DNA of 64,000 nucleotides from a virus: IMG/VR virus record IMGVR_UViG_3300042516_004811, positions 64,001 to 128,000 of that record; one strand, 5' to 3'. Shown piece by piece: positions 55,352 to 64,000 of this stretch (position 1 is its first letter; each line of letters starts with the position of its first letter). The notes under the pieces were generated by a model. It saw only the letters and a program-made list of their open reading frames with translations, ran no database searches and was not told where the DNA came from. The position numbers and the translations under genes were made by a program.

Positions 55352-57439
55352 TTAAACAGTTTGGGCGTAATTCCAGGTACTTCTGGCAACATCCATAGCA
55401 ATTTCAGCCTGTTCTTTGGCAAAAAAGTTGGTGTACATGTCGACAATTCCCTCACGAATCATCGACGCTCTACTATCTCCGTCAATGAGATTAAGGCTGT
55501 CAATGTAGAGGCGCTGTATTTCATTGACGTTCTCCCTGTTGAGTGACTTAATTACACCAACCTGAGAGTCAACGGTCTTTACCGTGTCAAGTTTTGGCAG
55601 GCTCTTTACTTTGATTCCGTTAGCTTCGCCAAATTCTTTTCTAGCATCGTGAGAGTCGCGAATAATCGCAGAAAGAATTGGCTTAATGTCCTCTTCCATC
55701 TGTCTATCCCAAGTATCGATAGCTAGAACTGCGTCCACCTCAAGGGTTCCAGCAGATAGGGCCTTTCTGGCCTTCATTCCAGTCACCTTCTCAAGAACGA
55801 CCCTTTGCTGTCTTTCTATGACGCGCTCAATGCTTCTTGAAAGAATTTCGGCCCATCTTTCGATAGCCATCTCCGACTTGTCTTCGAAGTAAGAGTCATT
55901 TTTTTCTTCTATTTCATCTTCTTCAGTCTTTGTTTCAACTAGAGAAGCGTCTGCGCCAGCCATCGTCATTCCGGGTACTGGGGGCGGCGGAGTTACTGGT
56001 GGTGCGGCCTCGGCCGGAACGGTTGTTTGGGCCAACTCGCCCGCACCAGCTGCTTCAGCCATCGCTCCCTGCATTGTGTTTGGGTCAAGGGGTACTGGTG
56101 CCCCAGGAGGCATTGGGGCACCCGGCATTGGTGGCATTCCAGGCATTCCAGGCATTCCAGGCATTCCAGGTGCGCCGGGGACCTGTGCTGCGTTCTCCTC
56201 CATCTTCTTCTTGGTGTTGGCAATCGGAATGAGGTTCGGGTTTGCTAATAGTGAGTCAGCAAGGTCGGCTTCAACTTCCTTGCGTGACGAGCCAGTTCTG
56301 TACTCGTTTGCCGAAATCAGGCCGCCCTGGAACTCCTGGAGGAGGTATCTGTCTCGCTCTTGCTTGTAAAGCATAAGGATGGGGACTTCCGAAGTGTCGA
56401 AGTCGACGTAGTACTTATCATCCAGTTCATCAAGCGCGCGAGCAATTGGCTCTAGGTGAGGAAGCATTGTTTCCATCCAGAAAACGCGAATTTCCTCTGC
56501 TGCGTTACTAAATGTTCTTCCAGCAGCATTTCCGATGACCGACTCGGGAACACCAAACGCAGAAAGGATTTCCTCCTTGGTGACCTGACGCATCTGAATA
56601 TATGCGGCATCTCTTGGGGAGGCCGAGGTGTCGACGTAATCAACTCCGTCATCTGCCGCAATTACCGTTGTGTGGCCAGTCTTCGCGAGGTTCCCACGAA
56701 ATCTAGACTTCAACTCTTCCTTGTCGTCTTCGTCGATTTCTCCACGAACAACAAGGAGTCCGCCTGGTCTACCGTCATTAAGGAGGTAGTTGCGGTTATA
56801 AAGCTTGGCAAGGTTTTCAATTTCTATCGCAACACCGGCTGCTTCCAGCGGGGTCAGGGACAAGTATGGGTCGAGTGGGTGTGGTCGCCTAATCCAGCAG
56901 ACATCTTCTGGTTTTAGGAATTTCTTCTCACCATAAGGCATCATCACTTCGTAGCCCTTGACGAAAGTCTTGGGGTCTGGAATTGGCGCAGTTGATTGCG
57001 GTGGAAGAAGGTTCAGAGCAATTATTCCGCCGTCTCGACCACGGATTTTCTCGATAAAAACACCGCGAGTACCGAGAAGCAACTGAGCCGAAAGCCGGTA
57101 ACGGAAGATAAACGAGTTCTCCCCAAGGTTGGCACGATTGTTAAGAATCTCCAAAAGATTGGACCTGTTTGCTTCGCGCCCAACAACAATCTCACCCATA
57201 TTGGAGTTGTCTTTGCGGAGAATTATTGGAAGTCTCGCCTGGTTCCCGGAAATAGCGTCAATACAGCGATTAACCCACGTAATTTTGGACATGCCCTCGC
57301 GGTATGCGCGCTCAATGTCCCACGAGTCCCTATAGGACTTGCCAACGAACGATGGATTGCTTGAAATAGGCAACCCGTAGCCGAGCTGCTTAGCCTGAGG
57401 TCCATCAAGGGACTTGTTTTGTCTTGAGTTCCACGCCAT
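55352..57439 (-). CDS. HK97-family portal protein with Pro/Met-rich linker and C-terminal extension
   Basis: WVNRCIDAIS, NDGRPGGLL, EILSAFGVP, TFSNAAE, ISANEYR; position upstream of the protease. Confidence 0.92.
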   Translation of the reverse strand: MAWNSRQNKSLDGPQAKQLGYGLPISSNPSFVGKSYRDSWDIERAYREGMSKITWVNRCIDAISGNQARLPIILRKDNSNMGEIVVGREANRSNLLEILNNRANLGENSFIFRYRLSAQLLLGTRGVFIEKIRGRDGGIIALNLLPPQSTAPIPDPKTFVKGYEVMMPYGEKKFLKPEDVCWIRRPHPLDPYLSLTPLEAAGVAIEIENLAKLYNRNYLLNDGRPGGLLVVRGEIDEDDKEELKSRFRGNLAKTGHTTVIAADDGVDYVDTSASPRDAAYIQMRQVTKEEILSAFGVPESVIGNAAGRTFSNAAEEIRVFWMETMLPHLEPIARALDELDDKYYVDFDTSEVPILMLYKQERDRYLLQEFQGGLISANEYRTGSSRKEVEADLADSLLANPNLIPIANTKKKMEENAAQVPGAPGMPGMPGMPGMPPMPGAPMPPGAPVPLDPNTMQGAMAEAAGAGELAQTTVPAEAAPPVTPPPPVPGMTMAGADASLVETKTEEDEIEEKNDSYFEDKSEMAIERWAEILSRSIERVIERQQRVVLEKVTGMKARKALSAGTLEVDAVLAIDTWDRQMEEDIKPILSAIIRDSHDARKEFGEANGIKVKSLPKLDTVKTVDSQVGVIKSLNRENVNEIQRLYIDSLNLIDGDSRASMIREGIVDMYTNFFAKEQAEIAMDVARSTWNYAQTV

Positions 57440-57446
57440 GATTTAT

Positions 57447-57713
57447 CTACTCAGCACCCAGCAAAAATCCGAAAACGCCACATGAAACCCCAGCCACAAT
57501 CCACCCAGCGGGGAAGAAAATCATTCCCGCTCCAATACTGGTCAATATTATAAAGCAAAGCATGAATATATTGGCGAACGTGCCTCTGTTGAGTGCCGTT
57601 CTGACCCTTATTCTTGCCACTCTAAGCCTTGAGCGGGTGTTCGCCATGGTAACTCTGAGGCGCTTCTTAATATTTGTCTTGGGTTTTGGCATATAACATA
57701 CAGTAGCGCACAA
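57447..57713 (-). CDS. small membrane protein upstream of portal
   Basis: Two hydrophobic segments; start uncertain. Confidence 0.55.
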   Translation of the reverse strand: MCATVCYMPKPKTNIKKRLRVTMANTRSRLRVARIRVRTALNRGTFANIFMLCFIILTSIGAGMIFFPAGWIVAGVSCGVFGFLLGAE

Positions 57714-57754
57714 AATTGCTCGCCGTGGCGGAAAGAGTGCAGGAAGAATTGATT

Positions 57755-59068
57755 ATGGCTCAAAAACCAAACTGGGAAGAAGTTCTTGAATACTTAACCC
57801 CTAAAGAAACTCCGTTTTGTCCAGAAGAACCCTCCATAAACCAAAAAGTCTTCTTGAGGACAAACGCAATCGAGGCCCTTTTTGGTGGCGCAGCAGGCGG
57901 TGGCAAGTCCTCGGCTTTGCTAATGGCCGCCCTGCAGTATGTCGACATTCCTGGATATTCAGCCATTCTCTTCCGTCGTACTTTTGCCGACCTCTCCCTT
58001 CCTGGCGCCCTGATGGACCGTTTTAAATCTTGGATGTCCAACTACGACGACATTCACTGGAACAGCAATACTTTTATTGCGACATTTCCTTCTGGGGCGA
58101 GAATTTCTTTTGGTTACCTAAACAATCAGAATGACTACCTTCGCTACAAGGGTTCAGAATTTCAGTTCATTGGCATGGACGAAGTTACAGAAATCCGCGA
58201 ATCTGACTACCGATACATGTTCTCCCGTTTGCGTCGTCCCGCGAATGGTCCCGTGTCCCAAATACCCCTCAGAATGAGAGCGGCATCAAACCCCGCTCCC
58301 AACTGGGTTAGACAGAGATTTATTGTTGAAGGAAGGAAAGAGGGAAGAATTTTCGTTCCTTCACGACTTACCGACAACCCTGGAATTGACGCCGATTCTT
58401 ATCGACAGTCGTTGTCTGCCCTTGACCCTGTTGAGCGTCGCAGGCTTGAGGAAGGCGACTGGTGGTCGACAACTCTTGGTACCCTATTTGACAGAACCGG
58501 TTTTGTAATAATCGACGGAAGCGAGATTCCGAATATCACCAGTTCGGCACGGGTTGTCAGATACTGGGACTTGGCAGCGACCGAGCCATCCGCGTCAAAT
58601 CCCGACCCGGACTGGACGGTTGGTACTTTGATGATGTTCGACGGTGGCATTGCTTACGTGCTCGATGTTAGAAGAGCTCGTGTTCGTGGCGAGAAGGTTG
58701 AAGAGCTAATGGCCCAGACAGCCTCGGAGGATGGTCATGGCGTTCCAATCAGAATGGAACAGGAACCTGGTTCATCGGGTAAGGCACTGGTTGACCAGTT
58801 CGCTAGATATGTAGTTCCAGGATACGACTTTGGCGCGATGAAGCCCACGGGGGACAAAGTTACGAGAGCGCGCCCATTCGCTGCAGCCGTTGCCAATGGG
58901 AATGTGAGATTAGTCCGTGGGGCATGGCTAACAAACTGGCTTGACGAGTTTTCATCGTTTCCAGAAGCAACCAATCATGATGACCAGGTTGACTCTGCCG
59001 TTGGGGCTTTTACATATTTGACCGGACTGGGGTTGCCCCAGAGAAAACGGGTACATATACTCCTCTAA
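57755..59068 (+). CDS. terL: terminase large subunit
   Basis: GGAAGGGKS Walker A, IGMDE Walker B, ASNP, DNP, RYWDLAA, HDDQVDS nuclease motif. Confidence 0.93.
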   Translation: MAQKPNWEEVLEYLTPKETPFCPEEPSINQKVFLRTNAIEALFGGAAGGGKSSALLMAALQYVDIPGYSAILFRRTFADLSLPGALMDRFKSWMSNYDDIHWNSNTFIATFPSGARISFGYLNNQNDYLRYKGSEFQFIGMDEVTEIRESDYRYMFSRLRRPANGPVSQIPLRMRAASNPAPNWVRQRFIVEGRKEGRIFVPSRLTDNPGIDADSYRQSLSALDPVERRRLEEGDWWSTTLGTLFDRTGFVIIDGSEIPNITSSARVVRYWDLAATEPSASNPDPDWTVGTLMMFDGGIAYVLDVRRARVRGEKVEELMAQTASEDGHGVPIRMEQEPGSSGKALVDQFARYVVPGYDFGAMKPTGDKVTRARPFAAAVANGNVRLVRGAWLTNWLDEFSSFPEATNHDDQVDSAVGAFTYLTGLGLPQRKRVHILL

Positions 59069-59095
59069 GCCACCTACTTGCTAAGGGGATTATTA

Positions 59096-59593
59096 ATGTC
59101 ATTAGAAAAACTTGCCGAGATAAAAGAACTTATTACAAAACTTGAGTTCGATATCGATGCATTCGTTTCATCTGAGCCATCCATGGATGAGGCTTGTTCA
59201 GCCCTAGTTGAAATGAACATCCTCAAGAGGGATATCTCATATGTGTATGACCATCTGTCTAGGGCAGTCTCTAGAATTATGGGAGAGACAGAAAATATTT
59301 CGCTCCCCGATGGCTCAACTATTGAGAAGAAATCCTCGTACGACAGAAAGGGTTGGGACCACAAGGCTCTTGCCTCCGTCGTTGCCCAAAAAGTTGTTCA
59401 GATGTCGGTTGATATGGATACTGGTGAAGTCATCAAGTCTCCACAGGAAATAGCTGCAGAAATGTTGACCTACTGTGCTCCCTCTTACTGGAGAATCAAG
59501 GAACTAAATAAACTCGGCGTTAATGCCGACAACTACTGCGAAGTTGGCGAACTGCGCACTAGCATCATCGTGCGTAAACCAAAGGAAATCTGA
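59096..59593 (+). CDS. hypothetical protein in the recombination operon
   Basis: ORF from MSLEK. Confidence 0.65.
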   Translation: MSLEKLAEIKELITKLEFDIDAFVSSEPSMDEACSALVEMNILKRDISYVYDHLSRAVSRIMGETENISLPDGSTIEKKSSYDRKGWDHKALASVVAQKVVQMSVDMDTGEVIKSPQEIAAEMLTYCAPSYWRIKELNKLGVNADNYCEVGELRTSIIVRKPKEI

Positions 59594-59603
59594 GGCATTG
59601 AAC

Positions 59604-60287
59604 ATGGAAAACTCTTCCGAACTTTACAACCACCTAGCGGAGCCATTTCCGCAGGAGATGGAGAAGGTAATTGTCAAGAGCGGCGTGGAGCTGGTCTACC
59701 TGCCTGTTAGCGAGGTAATCAACCGGCTCAATCGCGTCATTGGCGTAGATAACTGGTCCTTTGAAATTATCTCTGTCAATAGAGACACGATTGACCAGGA
59801 TGAAATCATCGCCCACGTAAGCCTTACTGCGCTCATCGGTGACAAGACCGTTGTCAAGCACGGATTTGGTGGAATTAGTGTGAAGCGTTCAAAGAAGGAC
59901 GGCCGACCCGTTGACCTTGGAAATGACTTTAAGGGTGCAGTTTCTGATGCGTTGAAAAAGGCTGCACAGAATCTTGGTATCGGCCTATATCTTGCTCGTT
60001 CCGCTGATGCTCTTGATATTGAAGAGGCAATGCAGGCTACGGAAAGTTCTTCCGCTCCACAGCAGGCAGTGGACCCAGAGATTGAATCACGCTGGGATAA
60101 CTTCATCACTGTAACGAAACTCCTCACAAAAGAACAAAAAGACGAACTGAATGCATTCTGGGAGACACATTCTTCAGGTCGGCCCAAGCCAACAAAAACA
60201 ACAGCGACGATTGAAGATATTGATGCCCTGGTTGTCAAGGCCATGGCTTTGTCGTTCGGCGCTACTCCGGTGAAGAATGATGAGTGA
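59604..60287 (+). CDS. Rad52/Rad22-like ssDNA annealing protein
   Basis: VINRLNRVIGVDNWS...KGAVSDALKKAAQNLGIGLYL. Confidence 0.85.
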   Translation: MENSSELYNHLAEPFPQEMEKVIVKSGVELVYLPVSEVINRLNRVIGVDNWSFEIISVNRDTIDQDEIIAHVSLTALIGDKTVVKHGFGGISVKRSKKDGRPVDLGNDFKGAVSDALKKAAQNLGIGLYLARSADALDIEEAMQATESSSAPQQAVDPEIESRWDNFITVTKLLTKEQKDELNAFWETHSSGRPKPTKTTATIEDIDALVVKAMALSFGATPVKNDE

Positions 60288-61050
60288 GCCAATTCTGGTA
60301 GCACCAGACAGGCTTTCCCCTTCGTCAATCTCCACTTTTCGCCAGTGTCCACTGAAGTTTAAGTACAGCAAAATCGATGGCTTACCCGATGCGCCGACAG
60401 ACGCGACTGTTCTCGGTAATTTCGTTCATGAAGTTCTTGAAACAATGTATGCACTGCCCCCCGAGCAGAGAACGCAGGAAACGGCAAAAGCACTAGCTAG
60501 ACAGTTGTGGACTGAATCCTGGGGAGAGAAGGCGGCAGGTCTTATTCATTCTGAAAAGGAACTGAACTTTTTTAGATGGACAGCATGGTGGTGTATAGAG
60601 AACCTCTGGAGACTTGAGGACCCGCTGAATACGACCCCATGGGCAATAGAGGAGCATGTTGAGGGTGTTGTTGGCGGCATTCGTCTCCATGGCTACATCG
60701 ACCGTCTTTTCTACGAGAATGGCGTCGCCAAAATATCCGACTACAAGACCGGCAAAACACCAAAACCCAAGTACATGGGGGATAAGTTCTTCCAGTTGAT
60801 TATCTATAGTCAACTATTGGAGAGCATTGATATTGTTCCAGAATCAATGTCACTAGAGCTCCTCTACCTCAAGGATGGCGTTAGGTTTGAAAAAGTCGTT
60901 TCACCAGAAGATGTTCAAGAAGTCATCGAGGTGATTCAAGAGGTCCGAGAAGGAATAGATTCACGCTGCAGAAGCGGTGAGTTTGAGCCAAATAAATCAA
61001 TTCTTTGCAATTGGTGTGGATATAAAAGGATTTGCCCAGCATGGCAGTAA
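60277..61050 (+). CDS. RecB/Cas4-like PD-(D/E)XK exonuclease
   Basis: LSPSS...CP, GYIDRL, DYKTGK, QLIIY, CNWC...CP. Confidence 0.88.
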   Translation: MMSEPILVAPDRLSPSSISTFRQCPLKFKYSKIDGLPDAPTDATVLGNFVHEVLETMYALPPEQRTQETAKALARQLWTESWGEKAAGLIHSEKELNFFRWTAWWCIENLWRLEDPLNTTPWAIEEHVEGVVGGIRLHGYIDRLFYENGVAKISDYKTGKTPKPKYMGDKFFQLIIYSQLLESIDIVPESMSLELLYLKDGVRFEKVVSPEDVQEVIEVIQEVREGIDSRCRSGEFEPNKSILCNWCGYKRICPAWQ

Positions 61051-61604
61051 GAGGAAAAACAATAAAACCGCAGGCTTTAATACCTGCTATGTTCATCGAT
61101 ATGAACGATGACGCTTTTGCAAGGATGGTTGCAGAGGAGGTTAAGAATAAAATCTCCCCTGTTCACAAACAGGAGTTGATGAAAGAAGATAATTGGGAGC
61201 GCTGGAGAGAAGCGCTTATTGCTCTTTCAGAAAATCTTCAACGTCAGATTGAAAGCATTGAAGCAGATGCAATCTCTGACGAGAGGCGCTATGCGTCCCT
61301 GGGCAAGACCGGAACAAGACTTGCTCGCGAGTCAAATAGCTACTACGACACAAAGGCCACAAGAGTTCGTAGATTTAAGTTTCATGTAGATAAGAGACTC
61401 GACGAAGTTTGCGTGATGATTGATACTGGCGATGTCATTAATTCTGACGGATGGGACCAGGTTGAGTTCTATCGAAAAGCCATAATTGAGCATCGTAATC
61501 TGATGAGACAGTTTGACCTTGAGGACACTTCTATCGATAGAGCTCTATGGGATACTCTGGATAACCAGTGGAACTTTGATTCCGTAAATAACGACAACCT
61601 ATAG
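61032..61604 (+). CDS. hypothetical coiled-coil protein
   Basis: 190-aa ORF; true start probably further downstream. Confidence 0.65.
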   Translation: MPSMAVRGKTIKPQALIPAMFIDMNDDAFARMVAEEVKNKISPVHKQELMKEDNWERWREALIALSENLQRQIESIEADAISDERRYASLGKTGTRLARESNSYYDTKATRVRRFKFHVDKRLDEVCVMIDTGDVINSDGWDQVEFYRKAIIEHRNLMRQFDLEDTSIDRALWDTLDNQWNFDSVNNDNL

Positions 61605-61615
61605 GTGGTAACGCC

Positions 61616-62035
61616 GTGGCGCTACAGAGAAAAAAACCGCTACAGCAGAAAACGCCACTAAAAGCAAAAAAACAACTACAGTCAAAAACTGGCCTAAAAC
61701 AGAATAAACCCATAAATCGTTCTTCTAAAAAAATTGCTCACAGAAGCAAGAAGATGGAAGATAAGTACGTTGACAGGCGGAAGTTTGTCAAAAAAATACT
61801 TTCGGAAAGACCATTTTGTCAGGCCTGTCCAGTTTTTGCCGAACATGATGCTAGGGCAGTTTTTTGGGTAAACCAGAGCACCGATGTTCATGAATTAGTC
61901 AGACGTTCACAGGGTGGCTCGATACTTGACGAAGAAAATGTACTCGCAGTTTGCAGGCCGTGCCACACACGCATAGGTGAATATCCTGAGTTGTCTTTTA
62001 ATTTAGGATTAGCAAAACACTCCTGGGAAAAGTAG
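61616..62035 (+). CDS. HNH endonuclease-like protein
   Basis: CQAC...DVHELVRRSQGG...ENVLAVCRPCH. Confidence 0.8.
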   Translation: MALQRKKPLQQKTPLKAKKQLQSKTGLKQNKPINRSSKKIAHRSKKMEDKYVDRRKFVKKILSERPFCQACPVFAEHDARAVFWVNQSTDVHELVRRSQGGSILDEENVLAVCRPCHTRIGEYPELSFNLGLAKHSWEK

Positions 62036-62065
62036 TACACTGTAATCACCTTAGGACCGTTATAG

Positions 62066-62109
62066 GCGCAGAAGTAGGGAGATAAAGCCTCCCTACTTCT
62101 GCGTTTTTT
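62066..62109 (+). terminator. intrinsic terminator-like hairpin
   Basis: GCGCAGAAGTAGGGAG...CTCCCTACTTCTGCGT followed by a T-run. Confidence 0.8.
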
Positions 62110-62124
62110 GTTATAGTCGAAACT

Positions 62125-62661
62125 ATGCGGCTCGTTGGTCTTGATTTATCACTTACATCAACGGGTGTTTCAATTAATGGCAGTACGCATGTCATCGCGG
62201 TCAAAGAGAGAGGGCCAGAACGCCTCTCTATCGTGAGCAGACAAATAGCTGATATTTGTTTATCTGAGAGAATTGATTGCGCCCTCATAGAGGGGTATTC
62301 ATTTTCCTCAAGGAATTCCCAAGCACACAGTATTGGTGAGCTTGGTGGATGTGTGAGAATGAGACTCTGGGAGAACCAAATACCCTTTGTAGACATCCCA
62401 CCAACATGCAGGGCTAAGTTTGCTACCGGAAAAGGAAACGCAAGCAAGGGTGAGGTAATTTCAGCGATATCAGCAAAAACTGGAAAAGTATTCTCCGGTG
62501 CTGGTGGAAACGATGAGTGCGACGCTTGGGTGCTTGAGCAGATGGGAATCGCCTATTTAGGTAACTCGGAGTGGGATTGGACAAGGGAACAATTATTAGC
62601 CTTGGCCAAAGTAGACTGGACCGCAATTGACAACATTGAAAACGATAAGACAAATTTGTGA
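62125..62661 (+). CDS. RuvC-like Holliday junction resolvase
   Basis: VGLDLSLTSTG, LIEGY, KFATGKGNASK, NDECDA. Confidence 0.88.
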   Translation: MRLVGLDLSLTSTGVSINGSTHVIAVKERGPERLSIVSRQIADICLSERIDCALIEGYSFSSRNSQAHSIGELGGCVRMRLWENQIPFVDIPPTCRAKFATGKGNASKGEVISAISAKTGKVFSGAGGNDECDAWVLEQMGIAYLGNSEWDWTREQLLALAKVDWTAIDNIENDKTNL

Positions 62662-62671
62662 GGATTAATAA

Positions 62672-63007
62672 ATGAGAACTACACCTATTAGCCAGATAGA
62701 AATTGAGCAGGAATTGATTCGACTGGTGAATAGATTAGAGAACGAGACGGAGCAGTTTGAAACAGTCGCCATGGATATGGCTAAAAAGGAAGCTCTTTAT
62801 AAGTCTAATTGGGCCAAAGAGTACATATCAGCAAAGGGCTCAATCAAAGAACGAGAAGCATGGGCAGACTACAAGCTTGACCAGCAGCTTTTCGAATACA
62901 AGTGCGCTGAGGCCCTAGTCAAAGCAAAGCGCGAAGTTCTTCTTTCAATCAGGTCATCAATTGATGCTATTCGCACACTTAATGCAAACGTTAGAACACA
63001 GGTCTGA
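62672..63007 (+). CDS. hypothetical helical protein
   Basis: 111-aa ORF with GAGG upstream. Confidence 0.65.
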   Translation: MRTTPISQIEIEQELIRLVNRLENETEQFETVAMDMAKKEALYKSNWAKEYISAKGSIKEREAWADYKLDQQLFEYKCAEALVKAKREVLLSIRSSIDAIRTLNANVRTQV

Positions 63008-63008
63008 C

Positions 63009-63887
63009 ATGTCGAATGGAATACATGAGTCACTCAGCGAGCTTGCTGTAGACATAAATACTCTTTCACCACTAGACGGAAACCCGCGTCGTGGAAATGT
63101 TGAGGCAATCATGGCCTCGTACCGTGAATTCGGACAAATTAAACCAATAGTTATTCGACCAAACTCGGATGGTACTGCAACCGTTATCGCTGGCAACCAC
63201 CAGCTAGAGGCAGCAAAGAGACTTGGTTGGGACAAGATTGCTGCTGTCGCATACGACGTCGACGACAGAAAGGCAATTGCCTTCGCTCTTGCTGACAATA
63301 GGACAATGGAGCTCGGATACACAGAGCCGGAACTTCTTGGGGAAGCGATACTGGAGTTGTCTGACTTTTACCCAGAACTCATGGAGGGTCTCGGTTGGGA
63401 TGAGTTTGCTGCTGCGGAAATAGAGCAGAAGATAATCCGTCAGGATAATCAGATTGTTGAACCAGGCTCGGGATTCATGCCGCCAGTTATTGTTTCTAAC
63501 GGAAGCAATGGATTCGACAGGATAGACGATGATGATGAAGAAGAGTACGAAGATGCTCTATCGCCTCAAGGTTTAACAACACCAACACAGCCATCGCCGT
63601 CAATTGACAGAAACGCAGTGTCAATCACTACGACGGAAGATGGACAACAGAGGATTAGCGCACGACCCGGTGTTGACCAGGATGATGCTGTGGTTAGGGG
63701 TTCAACAACTGTTACACCAGGCTCTGCGCCTCAAGCGATAGTTCAGTACACGCTTGTTTTTGATAACCACGAGCAGCAGAGACGCTGGTACGACTTCATT
63801 AAGTGGCTCAGAAGTGACCCAGCAGTGGTTGGCGTAACAACCGCTGAAAGACTAATGGACTTCATCGGTCAACACACGGAAATATAA
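63009..63887 (+). CDS. ParB-like N-terminal domain protein
   Basis: GNPR...FGQIKPIV...IAGNHQLEAAKRLGW...ALADNRT. Confidence 0.85.
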   Translation: MSNGIHESLSELAVDINTLSPLDGNPRRGNVEAIMASYREFGQIKPIVIRPNSDGTATVIAGNHQLEAAKRLGWDKIAAVAYDVDDRKAIAFALADNRTMELGYTEPELLGEAILELSDFYPELMEGLGWDEFAAAEIEQKIIRQDNQIVEPGSGFMPPVIVSNGSNGFDRIDDDDEEEYEDALSPQGLTTPTQPSPSIDRNAVSITTTEDGQQRISARPGVDQDDAVVRGSTTVTPGSAPQAIVQYTLVFDNHEQQRRWYDFIKWLRSDPAVVGVTTAERLMDFIGQHTEI

Positions 63888-64000
63888 CAGCATGGATACT
63901 CCAGAAGAAAGAATCGAGAAACTAGAGAAGAACCTCGCTGAGGTTGAAGCTGACCGAGACTACTGGCGCTCAATGGCGGTTAGGGTTCTTCAAGAAATCA

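Noticed and set aside
60277-61050. Cas4 as evidence of a CRISPR-Cas locus
   Set aside because: No cas1/cas2 or array; it sits next to a Rad52-like annealase as a normal phage recombination exonuclease
1-64000. Bacterial chromosome, integrated prophage, DGR or retron
   Set aside because: No rRNA or host housekeeping synteny, and no integrase, att site or reverse transcriptase in the window; lifestyle cannot be determined from this segment

Overview
This window is a 64-kb segment of a large tailed dsDNA phage with an HK97-type head. The host is probably an actinobacterium (WhiB, Rpf-like, LPXTG, DUF732-like and MSMEG_6728-like genes). It holds (i) an accessory block: Rpf-like muralytic protein, complete rmlACBD dTDP-L-rhamnose pathway, ThyX, dCMP deaminase, LPXTG surface protein, exported phosphoesterases, thioredoxin, SSB and 11 tRNA or tRNA-like genes; (ii) replication and regulation genes: primase-helicase, WhiB, class II RNR, Rad52-like annealase, RecB-like nuclease, RuvC-like resolvase, ParB-like protein; and (iii) a greatly expanded ~28-kb head module running from portal through prohead protease to major capsid, with TerL on the opposite strand. 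The most striking signal is three giant multidomain proteins (2967, 2070 and 1210 aa). Their domains are separated by a recurring LSSG tetrapeptide (11 exact copies with different codons), each carries one HExxH zincin motif, and they share paralogous modules. The largest is the prohead protease itself, fused to HiPIP-like, ArdC/MPTase and SF1 helicase domains, with a TTT-A10 slippery run at the protease/cargo junction. I interpret this (inference) as a capsid-packaged, proteolytically processed polyprotein cargo system. Also notable are a D-arm-less tRNA-like gene with a UAU anticodon and a four-gene cassette array sharing an identical 22-bp N-terminal sequence. Domain calls come from motif recognition by eye; no searches were run.
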